Below are positions 30,732-39,828 of a DNA stretch of 64,000 nucleotides, in pieces (the stretch's first letter is position 1; every line of letters begins with the position of its first letter). This stretch comes from Actinomycetota bacterium (GTDB lineage Bacteria; Actinomycetota; Actinomycetes; Streptosporangiales; Streptosporangiaceae). The stretch lies in assembly GCA_003168255.1 (NCBI GenBank), contig PMSU01000071.1, forward strand, positions 4,601 to 68,600, read 5' to 3'. The translations under genes and the position numbers were made by a program. A model generated the notes under the pieces. It had not been told where the DNA came from. It saw nothing but the letters and a program-made list of their open reading frames with translations, and made no database searches.

Positions 30732-30953
30732 GTGACCGAGACCCTCAAGAAAGGCACCCGGGTAACCGGTGCTGACCGCACTAAGCTCGCGTCTGACCTT
30801 AAGAAGAGGTATGACGCGGGGGAGAGCATCCGCTCCCTCGCCGCCGCGACCGGCCGGTCGTACGGCTTCGTGCACCGCATCCTGAGCGAGACTGGTGTCT
30901 CCCTGCGCGGCCGTGGCGGTGCGACCCGCGGCAAGGCCAAGGGCCGGCGCTGA
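30732..30953 (+). CDS. Small HTH nucleoid-associated protein (Gbn/SCO1839-like)
   Basis: TLKKGTRVTG..LKKRYDAGESIRSLA..GRSYGFVHRILSE.GV.LRGRGG; GGAGGT RBS; position after the ABC-F matches recalled Streptomyces/Mycobacterium synteny. Confidence 0.85.
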   Translation: MTETLKKGTRVTGADRTKLASDLKKRYDAGESIRSLAAATGRSYGFVHRILSETGVSLRGRGGATRGKAKGRR

Positions 30954-31004
30954 GCACTGACCAGCCGGAGACTGGCACCTGCCGCCAGCCCACCGGAGGA
31001 TCCC

Positions 31005-31823
31005 GTGACGCTAGATCCGGCTGACCTGGAACTGGCCGGGCTCCGGCTGGACATCGATACACCGCAGCGAGCCGACGGCACGCAAGCGGCCGGCGCGGTC
31101 GCGACCGTGACGCTTAGCCGCCCCCGCCGCCGTAACGCGATGACCCCGAGTATGTGGCGGGGGCTGGCCAAGATCGGTAGCGCACTGCCCCCGCAGGTGC
31201 GCGTTGTGGTGATCAGGGGAGAGGGCCAGTCCTTCTCCGCTGGAATCGACCTGAGACTATTCTCCGCCGAGGGCGTGCCAGCGGAGGGACCGCTGCCCGA
31301 CCTTCGCAGCGATGGCTTCGAGGCATGGATCGCCGACTGCCAGGCCGGGTTCAGGTGGCTGCGCCGGCCCGATATCGTCTCCATCGCAGCCGTACGCGGG
31401 CACGCCATCGGCGCGGGATTCCAGCTGGCGCTCTCCTGCGACCTGCGGGTATTCGCCGAAGACGCCAAGGTATGCATGAAGGAGCCAGCGCTCGGCCTGG
31501 TCCCCGACCTGACCGGGACCAAACCGCTGGTGGACATCGTCGGCCTGCCGCGGGCGCTGGAAATATGCCTCACCACCCGGACCCTGGACGCCATCGAGGC
31601 CCGTGAACTCGGCCTGGCCGAGATCGTGGTGCCGGTTGACCGGCTCGACGAGGTGGTGGCCGACCTGTCCGCCGCGCTGCTGACCACCGACGCAGCCACC
31701 GCCCGGGCGACCAAGAAGCTCCTGAGCATGGCGGCAGGCAATACCCTTGAAGAACAGGCGGCGGCCGAACGCCGCATCCAGACGGAGTTGCAGCGGGAAC
31801 GGCTCGGCCCGCTCCCTTCATGA
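31005..31823 (+). CDS. Enoyl-CoA hydratase/isomerase
   Basis: FSAGIDL, GHAIGAGFQLALSCDLR and E..LGLVPD motifs. Confidence 0.92.
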   Translation: MTLDPADLELAGLRLDIDTPQRADGTQAAGAVATVTLSRPRRRNAMTPSMWRGLAKIGSALPPQVRVVVIRGEGQSFSAGIDLRLFSAEGVPAEGPLPDLRSDGFEAWIADCQAGFRWLRRPDIVSIAAVRGHAIGAGFQLALSCDLRVFAEDAKVCMKEPALGLVPDLTGTKPLVDIVGLPRALEICLTTRTLDAIEARELGLAEIVVPVDRLDEVVADLSAALLTTDAATARATKKLLSMAAGNTLEEQAAAERRIQTELQRERLGPLPS

Positions 31824-31869
31824 TCACGAAGACTCTGACGTACTGCCCCACCCTAAGCCTTCGTGATCA
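31821..31869. repeat. Inverted repeat with 11-bp arms
   Basis: TGATCACGAAG-N27-CTTCGTGATCA, starting at the stop codon. Confidence 0.7.
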
Positions 31870-31937
31870 CCGTCCGGGACGCCACCTGGCGGACTCCGGC
31901 GCCGTGCCAGGCGCCAGGTTCGCTGTCGGCTGATACA

Positions 31938-31964
31938 GGAAGAACCCGGAACCCGCGGAGGTTG
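31938..31964 (+). promoter_or_regulatory. SigR/SigH-like ECF promoter
   Basis: GGAAG-N18-GTTG, 8 nt before ATG 31973. Confidence 0.5.
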
Positions 31965-31972
31965 CTCCGGTC

Positions 31973-33955
31973 ATGATGGGCGGCGGCGGGCACAGCGCTT
32001 GGGTGATGATGCGCGGGTTCACCCGCGATCCAAACATCACCAAGCAGCGGATCAAGCCGGGAACCGTGCGCAGGATCGGCACCTACGCCAGGCCATACCG
32101 CTGGTCCCTCGCGGCATTCCTGCTCGTCACCGTCCTGGATGCGGTGGTGACGGTCGCTTACCCGCTGCTGCTCAGGGTGATCATCGACGACGGAATCCTG
32201 CGCCACGACACCAAGGTCGTCGGGGAGGTCGCGGGCATCGTGGCCGGCCTCGCGCTGTTCGACGCCCTTCTCGGCTTCGCCTCGCGCTGGTACTCGTCGC
32301 GGATCGGCGAGGGCCTGATCTACGACCTGCGCACCGAGGTCTTCGCTCACGTGCAGCGCCAGCCGATCGCGTTCTTCACCCGGACCCAGACCGGCTCGCT
32401 GGTCAGCAGGCTGAACAGCGACGTGATCGGCGCCCAGCAGGCGCTCACCAGCGTGCTGTCCTCGGTGCTGTCCAGCCTGATCCAGCTGATCCTCGTGCTC
32501 ATCGCGATGTTCTACCTGTCCTGGCTCGTCACCCTCTTCGCGCTGGCCATGCTCCCGCTCTTCATCCTGCCGGCGAAGCTGATCGGACGTAAGCTACAGC
32601 GGTTCACCAGGGAGTCGATGCAGCTAGACGCCGAGATGGGCTCGACGATGACCGAGCGGTTCAACGTGGCCGGCGCCATGCTGGCCAAGCTCTACGGCCG
32701 CCCGGCGGAGGAATCCGGCCTGTTCAGCAACCGGGCCGCGCGGGTGCGTGACATCGGCGTGGTGACCTCGATGTACGGCGGGGTGCTCTTCATCTCGCTG
32801 ACGCTGCTTGCCTCGATGGCGACGGCGATGATCTACGGGGTCGGCGGCAGCCTGGCGATCAGCGGCGCCTTCGAGATCGGCACGCTGGTCGCGCTGACCA
32901 CCCTGCTGAACCGGCTGTACGGCCCGATCATGTCGCTGTCCAACGTGCAGGTGACGGTGATGACGGCGCTGGTCAGCTTTGACCGGGTGTTCGAGGTGCT
33001 CGACCTCAAGCCGCTCATCGACGAGAAGACAGGAGCGATAACGCTGCCCGGTCTTCGCGCCGACCTAGTCAAGGACAACGGGCAGGGCCAGCAGTGGCCA
33101 GCCGCCGCCAACGGACCCGCGCCCGAGATCGAGTTCGACGATGTGTCGTTCCGCTACCCGAAGGCCAGCGAGGTGTCGCTGGCTTCCCTGGAATCGATCG
33201 CACTGAAGACCGTCGAACGCGATGATGGCGGCCAGCTGATACTGGACGACGTCAGCTTCCGCGCCGCGCCGGGCAAGCTCACCGCCCTGGTCGGGCCGTC
33301 AGGCGCCGGCAAGACCACGATCACGCACCTGGTCTCCCGGCTGTATGACGCCGGGTCTGGAGTCGTCCGGGTCGGCGGGTACGACGTCCGCGACCTCACC
33401 CTGGACTCGCTGCACGGTGCGATCGGGGTGGTCACCCAGGACTCGCACCTGTTCCACGACACGATCCGCGCCAACCTTGCCTACGCCCGGCCTGATGCCT
33501 CGGAGCGCGAGCTCATCCTGGCCTGCCAGGCGGCGCAGATCTGGAACCTGATCTCGCAGCTTCCCGACGGGCTTGACACGGTGGTCGGAGATCGCGGCTA
33601 CCGGCTATCCGGCGGTGAGAAGCAGCGGGTGGCGATCGCCAGGCTGCTGCTCAAGGCCCCCTCGGTCGTGGTGCTCGACGAGGCCACGGCGCACCTGGAC
33701 TCCGAGTCGGAGGCGGCACTACAGCGGGCGCTGGCGACCGCCCTGGCGGGCCGCACCTCGCTGGTGATCGCGCACCGGCTCTCCACGATCAGGCAGGCCG
33801 ACCAGATCCTGGTCATCGACGCCGGCCGGGTCCGTGAGCGCGGTACCCACGAGGAACTGCTCGCCGCCGGCGGTCTCTACTCAGAGCTCTACCGCACCCA
33901 GTTCTCCCGCCAGGAGCCCGTCATCCCCGGCCCCGAGGCCGTTTCCTCCATTTAA
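31973..33955 (+). CDS. ABC exporter, fused TM and ATPase domains
   Basis: TM domain, then GPSGAGKTT, LSGGEKQR, LDEATAHLD and IAHRLST. Confidence 0.94.
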   Translation: MMGGGGHSAWVMMRGFTRDPNITKQRIKPGTVRRIGTYARPYRWSLAAFLLVTVLDAVVTVAYPLLLRVIIDDGILRHDTKVVGEVAGIVAGLALFDALLGFASRWYSSRIGEGLIYDLRTEVFAHVQRQPIAFFTRTQTGSLVSRLNSDVIGAQQALTSVLSSVLSSLIQLILVLIAMFYLSWLVTLFALAMLPLFILPAKLIGRKLQRFTRESMQLDAEMGSTMTERFNVAGAMLAKLYGRPAEESGLFSNRAARVRDIGVVTSMYGGVLFISLTLLASMATAMIYGVGGSLAISGAFEIGTLVALTTLLNRLYGPIMSLSNVQVTVMTALVSFDRVFEVLDLKPLIDEKTGAITLPGLRADLVKDNGQGQQWPAAANGPAPEIEFDDVSFRYPKASEVSLASLESIALKTVERDDGGQLILDDVSFRAAPGKLTALVGPSGAGKTTITHLVSRLYDAGSGVVRVGGYDVRDLTLDSLHGAIGVVTQDSHLFHDTIRANLAYARPDASERELILACQAAQIWNLISQLPDGLDTVVGDRGYRLSGGEKQRVAIARLLLKAPSVVVLDEATAHLDSESEAALQRALATALAGRTSLVIAHRLSTIRQADQILVIDAGRVRERGTHEELLAAGGLYSELYRTQFSRQEPVIPGPEAVSSI

Positions 33956-33960
33956 CAAGA

Positions 33961-34006
33961 TCGATGTGGCAGGGCCTACCACTGGTGGTAGGCCCTGCCA
34001 CATCGA
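33961..34006. repeat. Perfect palindrome, copy B of the REP-like family; probable bidirectional terminator
   Basis: TCGATGTGGCAGGGCCTACCAC-TG-GTGGTAGGCCCTGCCACATCGA between convergent genes. Confidence 0.9.
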
Positions 34007-34063
34007 CGACCTTCGATCCGAGGGCTGGGCTGGCGGGCCCCCGTGCGAACCGCCAGATGCGGG

Positions 34064-36478
34064 TCAGCTGGGCCGGGGCCGGCCGAGCAGGCGGCCGACG
34101 CTGCGGACCGCCCGCTCGATATCGGTGCCGAACGGGTTGTCCTGGACCAGGTAGGTCCAGGTGGCAGAGGGCCGCTTCAGGTCGCCGGCGCCCAGGTCGG
34201 CGCCGTCCTTCGTGATTGGCACGCTCTTGAAGGACTCGTCGGACCGCCGCTGCGCCTCGTCGAACAGGTCGTTGAAGCTGCGGACGGCTTCCTTGTGGAA
34301 CTGGTCGAGCGGGTCGAGGCCACGGCCGAGCGCCCGCAGGTGGATGCCCTCCCGCACGTCGGCGAGGTCGGCGATATGATCCGCCCAGCCGCGGTCGAGA
34401 TGGAACAGGGTGATCTGCCGGGCGGCCTCGGTCAGCACGTCCTCGGCTACCGTCTCGGACAGCTCCTCGAGCCGCTCCGGGCAGTGCTCGCCGAGCGTCC
34501 GCAGTGCGACGTCGGTGCGCAGTACCTGGTCGCGGTGGTCGAGCACGATCCGCCGCTGTTCCTCGATGAGCTTGTTGTAGCGCCAGGTGTTGCGGTGGAT
34601 TTCCAGGTTGACGCCCTCGGCGACGCGCTGCGCGTGGCCGAGCATCCAGTGCGTCCCCTGATCGGAGATCAGGCCGTCATCGTCGGCCTCATCGGGCGGC
34701 GCGGCGTCGGGGGCGTACTGGGTGACGAGGTCATCGTCCATGCTGGCGAAGAACACCGAACCGCCCGGGTCGCCCTGGCGGCCGGCCCGGCCGCGCAGCT
34801 GGTTATCCAGCCTGCTGCTCTCGTGCCTGCCCGTGCCGATGACCTGTAGACCGCCAAGGTCGGCTATCTGCTCCCTGTCGCCGCTGGCCCCGCCGAGCTT
34901 GATGTCGGTGCCGCGCCCGGCCATCTGAGTGGACACGGTGATCGCGCCGGCGCTTCCGGCCTCGGCGATGATCGCCGCTTCCTCCGCGTCGTTCTTGGCG
35001 TTCAGCACGACACACGGCAGGCCCTCGCGCTCGAGCCGGGCCGCCAGCCGTTCGGATTCTGCGACGTCTAGGGTCCCGATGAGGACCGGTCGGCCGGTCG
35101 CGTGAGTCTGGCCGACCTGCTCGGCGATTGCCTTCTCTTTGGCTTCCGCGGTCAGGTAGATGCGGTCGGGTTCGTCCTCGCGCACGCACGGCACGTTCGG
35201 CGTGATCGCCGCTACCTCGACACCGTAGAACTCGCGGAGCTGCTCGCCGACGGCCACGGCGGTGCCCGTCATGCCGCACACCGTCGGGTAGCCCCTGATC
35301 AGGGATTCGATAGTGATGCTGTCCAGGATCTCGCCGGTATCGGTCGCGTTCAGGCCCTCCTTGGCCTCGACCGCCGCGTGCAGGCCGTCGGGCAGCCGCT
35401 GTAGCCAGGCCACCCGGCCGCGGGACTCGCTGACCAGGCGGACCTTGTCGCCGGTGACGATGTAGTCGACGTCGCGCTGTAGCAGCGCGTGGGCGTGCAG
35501 CGCGACATTGAGCCGGGTGAGGGCGTCCAGATGCTCGTCGGTGTATAGGTCGACGTCGCCGAGCGCCTCTTCGGCGACTCGTGCGCCAGCGTCGGTCAGC
35601 GTCACGTTGCGGGCGTCTTCGTCGATCTGGTAGTGCGCGCCGCGACGCAGCCTGCGGACTATCGCGGCCATCGCGAGGTCCGCGTTCCCCTCCGCGGCGG
35701 TGCCGGCCAGCACGAGCGGTACCCGCGCCTCGTCGATCAGCACCGAATCCGCCTCGTCGATCAGGGCCACATCCGGCTCGGTGGCGACCATCGCGTCCAC
35801 GCTGACGGCGAGCCTGTCGCGGAGCACGTCGAAGCCGATCTCGCTGACCGGCGCGTAGGTCACCTGAGCCTGATAGGCACTGCGCCGTTCGGCCGGGGTG
35901 GATGACTGGTCGATCCAGCCGACGGTCACGCCGAGCAGGTCGTAGACGGGTCGCATCCACTCGGCATCGCGGCGGGCCAGGTAATCGTTGACGGCCACGA
36001 CGTGCACGGACCGGCCTGCCTGCGCATAGCCGGCCGCGGCGATCGCGCCGGACAGCGTCTTGCCCTCGCCGGTGGCCATCTCGGCGATCTGGCCGGCCAG
36101 CATCGCCATGCTGCCGATCAGCTGAACGTCAAAGGGCCGCTCGCCTAGGACCCGGCGCGCCGCTTCGCGTCCGACCGCGCAGAATTCGGCGTCCTGCACG
36201 GCGTCACCAGCCGCCTCGGCCAGTTCCTCGTCGGTCAGCTCGCGCAGCCTGTCCTCGCGGCCGGCGATCTGCGGCAGCAACTTGGAGTACCGGCTCAGGT
36301 CGGCTGTTCCTGGCCGCTGCAGGAAGCGCCGCACCCGGTTGCGCACGCCGCCAGCACCGCTAGCACCGGCGGCACTGCCAGCACTGGCGGCTGCAGTGGT
36401 TGTGGGTGGCACGTGGGAGTCAACGCTGTCGGGGGCGTCCTGGTTCCCGGTTCGTCGGCTTTGGCCTGGCAGCTTCAT
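34064..36478 (-). CDS. secA2: Accessory translocase SecA2
   Basis: EMATGEGKT, DEADSVLIDEA, STQMAGRGTDI and QLRGRAGRQGDPG; shortened C-terminus RPSATWTYLV of the actinobacterial SecA2 type. Confidence 0.92.
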   Translation of the reverse strand: MKLPGQSRRTGNQDAPDSVDSHVPPTTTAAASAGSAAGASGAGGVRNRVRRFLQRPGTADLSRYSKLLPQIAGREDRLRELTDEELAEAAGDAVQDAEFCAVGREAARRVLGERPFDVQLIGSMAMLAGQIAEMATGEGKTLSGAIAAAGYAQAGRSVHVVAVNDYLARRDAEWMRPVYDLLGVTVGWIDQSSTPAERRSAYQAQVTYAPVSEIGFDVLRDRLAVSVDAMVATEPDVALIDEADSVLIDEARVPLVLAGTAAEGNADLAMAAIVRRLRRGAHYQIDEDARNVTLTDAGARVAEEALGDVDLYTDEHLDALTRLNVALHAHALLQRDVDYIVTGDKVRLVSESRGRVAWLQRLPDGLHAAVEAKEGLNATDTGEILDSITIESLIRGYPTVCGMTGTAVAVGEQLREFYGVEVAAITPNVPCVREDEPDRIYLTAEAKEKAIAEQVGQTHATGRPVLIGTLDVAESERLAARLEREGLPCVVLNAKNDAEEAAIIAEAGSAGAITVSTQMAGRGTDIKLGGASGDREQIADLGGLQVIGTGRHESSRLDNQLRGRAGRQGDPGGSVFFASMDDDLVTQYAPDAAPPDEADDDGLISDQGTHWMLGHAQRVAEGVNLEIHRNTWRYNKLIEEQRRIVLDHRDQVLRTDVALRTLGEHCPERLEELSETVAEDVLTEAARQITLFHLDRGWADHIADLADVREGIHLRALGRGLDPLDQFHKEAVRSFNDLFDEAQRRSDESFKSVPITKDGADLGAGDLKRPSATWTYLVQDNPFGTDIERAVRSVGRLLGRPRPS

Positions 36479-36481
36479 CGG

Positions 36482-37372
36482 TCAGTCGCCATATCCAACC
36501 CGGCGCAGTTCGTCGCCTGCGACCTTTTCCACCTCGGTGGCCTGCTCGGCGCTGAGCGTGCGGCGCCATGCCCCCGGCTCGAGGGCGAGGTGCGTGGGGT
36601 CGCGCAGCGCAATGGCGGAGACCCTGGCGCCGACGAATTCCGACACGGTGCCTGCCGCGGCATCTGGTTTGGTCACAAGTTCCTCGTAGCGAAGCGTGGT
36701 CAGCTGCTGCGTGGACAGGGTGGAGCGCAGCCGCGCGGACATCCGCACCGCCGATCTCCACCTCATCGCGCACTTGCCCGCGAGGGACAGTTCAGCCCAT
36801 CCAGCGCGGTCGGTCTCGTTCTCGACCCCAAAGAAGGGGTTCGGGAACTCAGTGTCCAGGTTAGCGAAGCTCTGCCGGAACAGGGTGAGGGTGTCGGAGT
36901 CGCCGAGCATTCCGGCCACCACATCGCGCCCGTCCCTGATCACCTGAACGAACCGCGCATCGGGGAAGGCATCGAGGAGCCCTTCGGCGCAATGGAGCAG
37001 TTCGGGGCTCGCGTCGCCGTACCTGGCGATGGAGCGCTCTGCCACACAGGGGCCGACCGAGTCCACTCCGCCGGCGAGACGGCACGCCGGGCTGCACATC
37101 GTGCAGCCGTCCGGGGTCAGCCGCCATGCCTGGGCGAAGGCATCGCGCAGCACGGAGGCGGCCGCCTCGCCGCGGCCGCGGGAGATGGACGGTCGTCGCG
37201 CGAACGCGTAGACGACATGCGTCACGCTGGGCTGCCCCATCGTGACGTGGAAGCCGGTAGACCGCTTGAGCGCACGCGCTACCAGATCCGTTCCGGAGTG
37301 AGGTGCTCCGAGCACGAACACAGGCTGGCGGACTTTCCGGCCGTTAACGACCAGTATGTGCAGGGTTCGCAT
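36482..37372 (-). CDS. Sulfotransferase-fold protein
   Basis: VFVLGAPHSGT, FPDARFVQVIRDGRDV and LRYEELV motifs. Confidence 0.82.
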   Translation of the reverse strand: MRTLHILVVNGRKVRQPVFVLGAPHSGTDLVARALKRSTGFHVTMGQPSVTHVVYAFARRPSISRGRGEAAASVLRDAFAQAWRLTPDGCTMCSPACRLAGGVDSVGPCVAERSIARYGDASPELLHCAEGLLDAFPDARFVQVIRDGRDVVAGMLGDSDTLTLFRQSFANLDTEFPNPFFGVENETDRAGWAELSLAGKCAMRWRSAVRMSARLRSTLSTQQLTTLRYEELVTKPDAAAGTVSEFVGARVSAIALRDPTHLALEPGAWRRTLSAEQATEVEKVAGDELRRVGYGD

Positions 37373-37467
37373 GGCTGTTCACCAGTGTGACATCGTCAAG
37401 CCGGGTTCAAGAACAGCCCACGGACACGTTCCGGCAACGTCCTTGAGCCCCGGCCTGGGGCGCGTAT

Positions 37468-39282
37468 TTAGCGCCGCGACCGCCCGCCCGGCCGGCGACA
37501 GTGATGGCCGGCGTGATCTTCCAGGTTAAGTGCCGTCTGGATCAGCGGCACGTGGCTGAAAGCCTGCGGCGTGTTTCCGACCAGGCGGCCGTAGCGCGGA
37601 TCGTACTCCTCGCTGAGCAGACCGAGGTCGTTGCGCAGCCCGAGCAGCCGCTCGAAGAGCTCGACCGCCTCGTCGTAGCGGCCGGTCAGATGCAGCGCGT
37701 TGGCCAGCCAGAAGCTACAGGCGAGGAAGGCCCCCTCGGTGCCGGGGAGGCCGTCGATCGCCGACTGGCCATCGGCGCTGAGCTGGTACCGGCGGACCAG
37801 CCCGTCGGTCATCAGCTCGCGGGAGATCGCGTCCACGGTGGAGATCAGCCTGGGGTCAGTTGGCGGCAGGAAGCCGAGCTCGGCCATCAGCAGCACGGAC
37901 GCGTCGAGCGTCTCGGACCCGTAGTACTGGGTGAACGCGCCGCGTTTGCTGTTGTAGCCCTTCTCCATTACCTCGTCGTGGATCTGGTCGCGCAGCTGCC
38001 GCCACCTGACCGCCGGCCCCGGCAGGCCGCCGGCCGCCGCCTCCGCGGCCCGGTCGAAGGCGACCCAGGCCATGACCTTGGAGTGAACGAAGTCCCGCCG
38101 CGGGCCGCGCACCTCCCAGAGCCCTTCATCCGGCTCGGCCCAGTGCTTTTCGAGAAAGTCGAGCAGCGCGCGCTGGAGCGACCAGGCGTGCCGGTCCGCG
38201 GGAATACCCGACCGGCCGGCCAGGCAGAGCGCGTCCACCACCTCGCCGTACACGTCGAGCTGGCGCTGCTGCACGGCGGCATTGCCGATCCGGACCGGGG
38301 CGGAGCGCTCGTAGCCTGGCAGCCATTCGACTTCCCACTCCGCCAGCCGCCGCTCGCCCGCTACCCCGTACATGATCTGCACGTCGGCGGGGTCGCCGGC
38401 TATCGCGCGGCCCAGCCACTGCCGCCACGCCGCGGCCTCGTCGGTGTATCCGGTCCTGAGCAGTGCCTCCAGGGTGATCGTGGCGTCCCGTAGCCAGCAG
38501 TACCGGTAGTCCCAGTTGCGGCTGCCGCCGATGTCCTCGGGCAGCGAGGTCGTCGCGGCGGCCACGATCCCGCCGGTCGGCTCATAGGTCAGTGCCTTCA
38601 GCGTGATCAGGGATCGGATGACCGCGTCGCGGTACTTGCCCTGGTAGGTGCATCTGGACACCCAGTCGGCCCAGTACCGCCTGGTCTCGTCGAGCGCTTC
38701 CTGGCCATCGCACTCGGCCGGCTTGCTGCGATGAGACTCGACCCAGGTCAGCGTGAACGGCACCCGTTCACCCGCGGTCACGGTGAACCTCGCGTGGTGT
38801 GCCATGTCGCGCCCGGTGAGTTCCACCGGAGTGTCGATCCACACCGAATCCGGGCCCGCGATGGCGTTGATGCTGTGGTTCATCCGCCGGACCCATGGCA
38901 CCACCTGCCCGTAGCCGAAGCGCAGCCGGAGCACGCAGTCCATCTCCACCGAGCCGTGCACGCCTTCGACGATCCGCACCAGGACGGGCGGCTCGCCGTC
39001 CCGGCGCGGCATGAAGTCGATCACCTTGGCGGTCCCGGTCTCGGTCTGCCACTGGGTCTGGAGGATCAGCGTGTCGCCCTGGTACGCGCGGCTCGCCTGG
39101 CTGCCCTCGGCAGTCGGGGCGATGCTCCAGTTGCCGTTCCGCTCGTCGCCGAGCAGCGCGGCAAAGCAGGCGGGGGAGTCGAACCTGGGCAGGCACAGCC
39201 AGTCGATCGAGCCGTTGGTGCAGACGAGCGCCGCCGACTGCATGTCGCCGATGATGGCGTAATCCTCGATACGTCCCGCCAC
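37468..39282 (-). CDS. Glycoside hydrolase family 15 (glucoamylase/trehalase-like)
   Basis: IEDYAIIGD, RNWDYRYCWLRD, WEVRG, LLSEE and GNTPQAFSH; GGAGG RBS before GTG 39282. Confidence 0.94.
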   Translation of the reverse strand: MAGRIEDYAIIGDMQSAALVCTNGSIDWLCLPRFDSPACFAALLGDERNGNWSIAPTAEGSQASRAYQGDTLILQTQWQTETGTAKVIDFMPRRDGEPPVLVRIVEGVHGSVEMDCVLRLRFGYGQVVPWVRRMNHSINAIAGPDSVWIDTPVELTGRDMAHHARFTVTAGERVPFTLTWVESHRSKPAECDGQEALDETRRYWADWVSRCTYQGKYRDAVIRSLITLKALTYEPTGGIVAAATTSLPEDIGGSRNWDYRYCWLRDATITLEALLRTGYTDEAAAWRQWLGRAIAGDPADVQIMYGVAGERRLAEWEVEWLPGYERSAPVRIGNAAVQQRQLDVYGEVVDALCLAGRSGIPADRHAWSLQRALLDFLEKHWAEPDEGLWEVRGPRRDFVHSKVMAWVAFDRAAEAAAGGLPGPAVRWRQLRDQIHDEVMEKGYNSKRGAFTQYYGSETLDASVLLMAELGFLPPTDPRLISTVDAISRELMTDGLVRRYQLSADGQSAIDGLPGTEGAFLACSFWLANALHLTGRYDEAVELFERLLGLRNDLGLLSEEYDPRYGRLVGNTPQAFSHVPLIQTALNLEDHAGHHCRRPGGRSRR

Positions 39283-39358
39283 GTGTCCTCCGGCCGTCGG
39301 CTCAGTCAGTGATTGCCCTGCGGGTACCGTACCGGCTAGGCGTGCCGGGGCCCTGCGT

Positions 39359-39766
39359 ATGCTGTCTGCCGTGTCAGCGAATCCTTCGCGCCAGTCGTCG
39401 CGCCGGCGGCGCGGCCGTGGCCGTGGCCGCGGGCTGATCGCGGTGGCGCTGACCGCCGCCGTGGCGATGGCCGCCTCTGGCTGCGCCGAGTTCGACAAGG
39501 CGCTGGGCCAGCAGGAAGAGGTCGTGATCTTCCAGCCGAACACGTCCCAGGCGGTGAAGCTGAAGGTGCGGGCCGCCTGCTCGCACGTGCCGCAGGCGGT
39601 GGTCGAGCCGCTGCCGACGGACCACAAGCTGTCGGACGAGGTCTACAACGTGCGCTTCGAGGTCGGCCATGCCAGTGTGGTGGACCTGGCGCGGCTACAG
39701 CAGTGCCTGACCAGGTTTCCCTCCGTGGTCGGTCTGGAGACCGACACTCCGGGCGGCGACGACTAG
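39359..39766 (+). CDS. Hypothetical lipoprotein
   Basis: Arg-rich N-region, hydrophobic core and lipobox ASGC. Confidence 0.7.
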   Translation: MLSAVSANPSRQSSRRRRGRGRGRGLIAVALTAAVAMAASGCAEFDKALGQQEEVVIFQPNTSQAVKLKVRAACSHVPQAVVEPLPTDHKLSDEVYNVRFEVGHASVVDLARLQQCLTRFPSVVGLETDTPGGDD

Positions 39767-39806
39767 CGGCGGTCGGCTTCGGCCCATTGGCTCCGTGTAT
39801 TAACTC

Positions 39807-39828
39807 CTTGTAACCGATCGGTTACAAG
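39807..39828. promoter_or_regulatory. Perfect 22-bp palindrome (operator-like)
   Basis: CTTGTAACCGATCGGTTACAAG. Confidence 0.65.

Noticed and set aside
37400..37454. Imperfect inverted repeat after the GH15 gene as a third copy of the palindrome family
   Set aside because: It lacks the ATGTG/CCTACCA boxes and is more simply a terminator-like hairpin.
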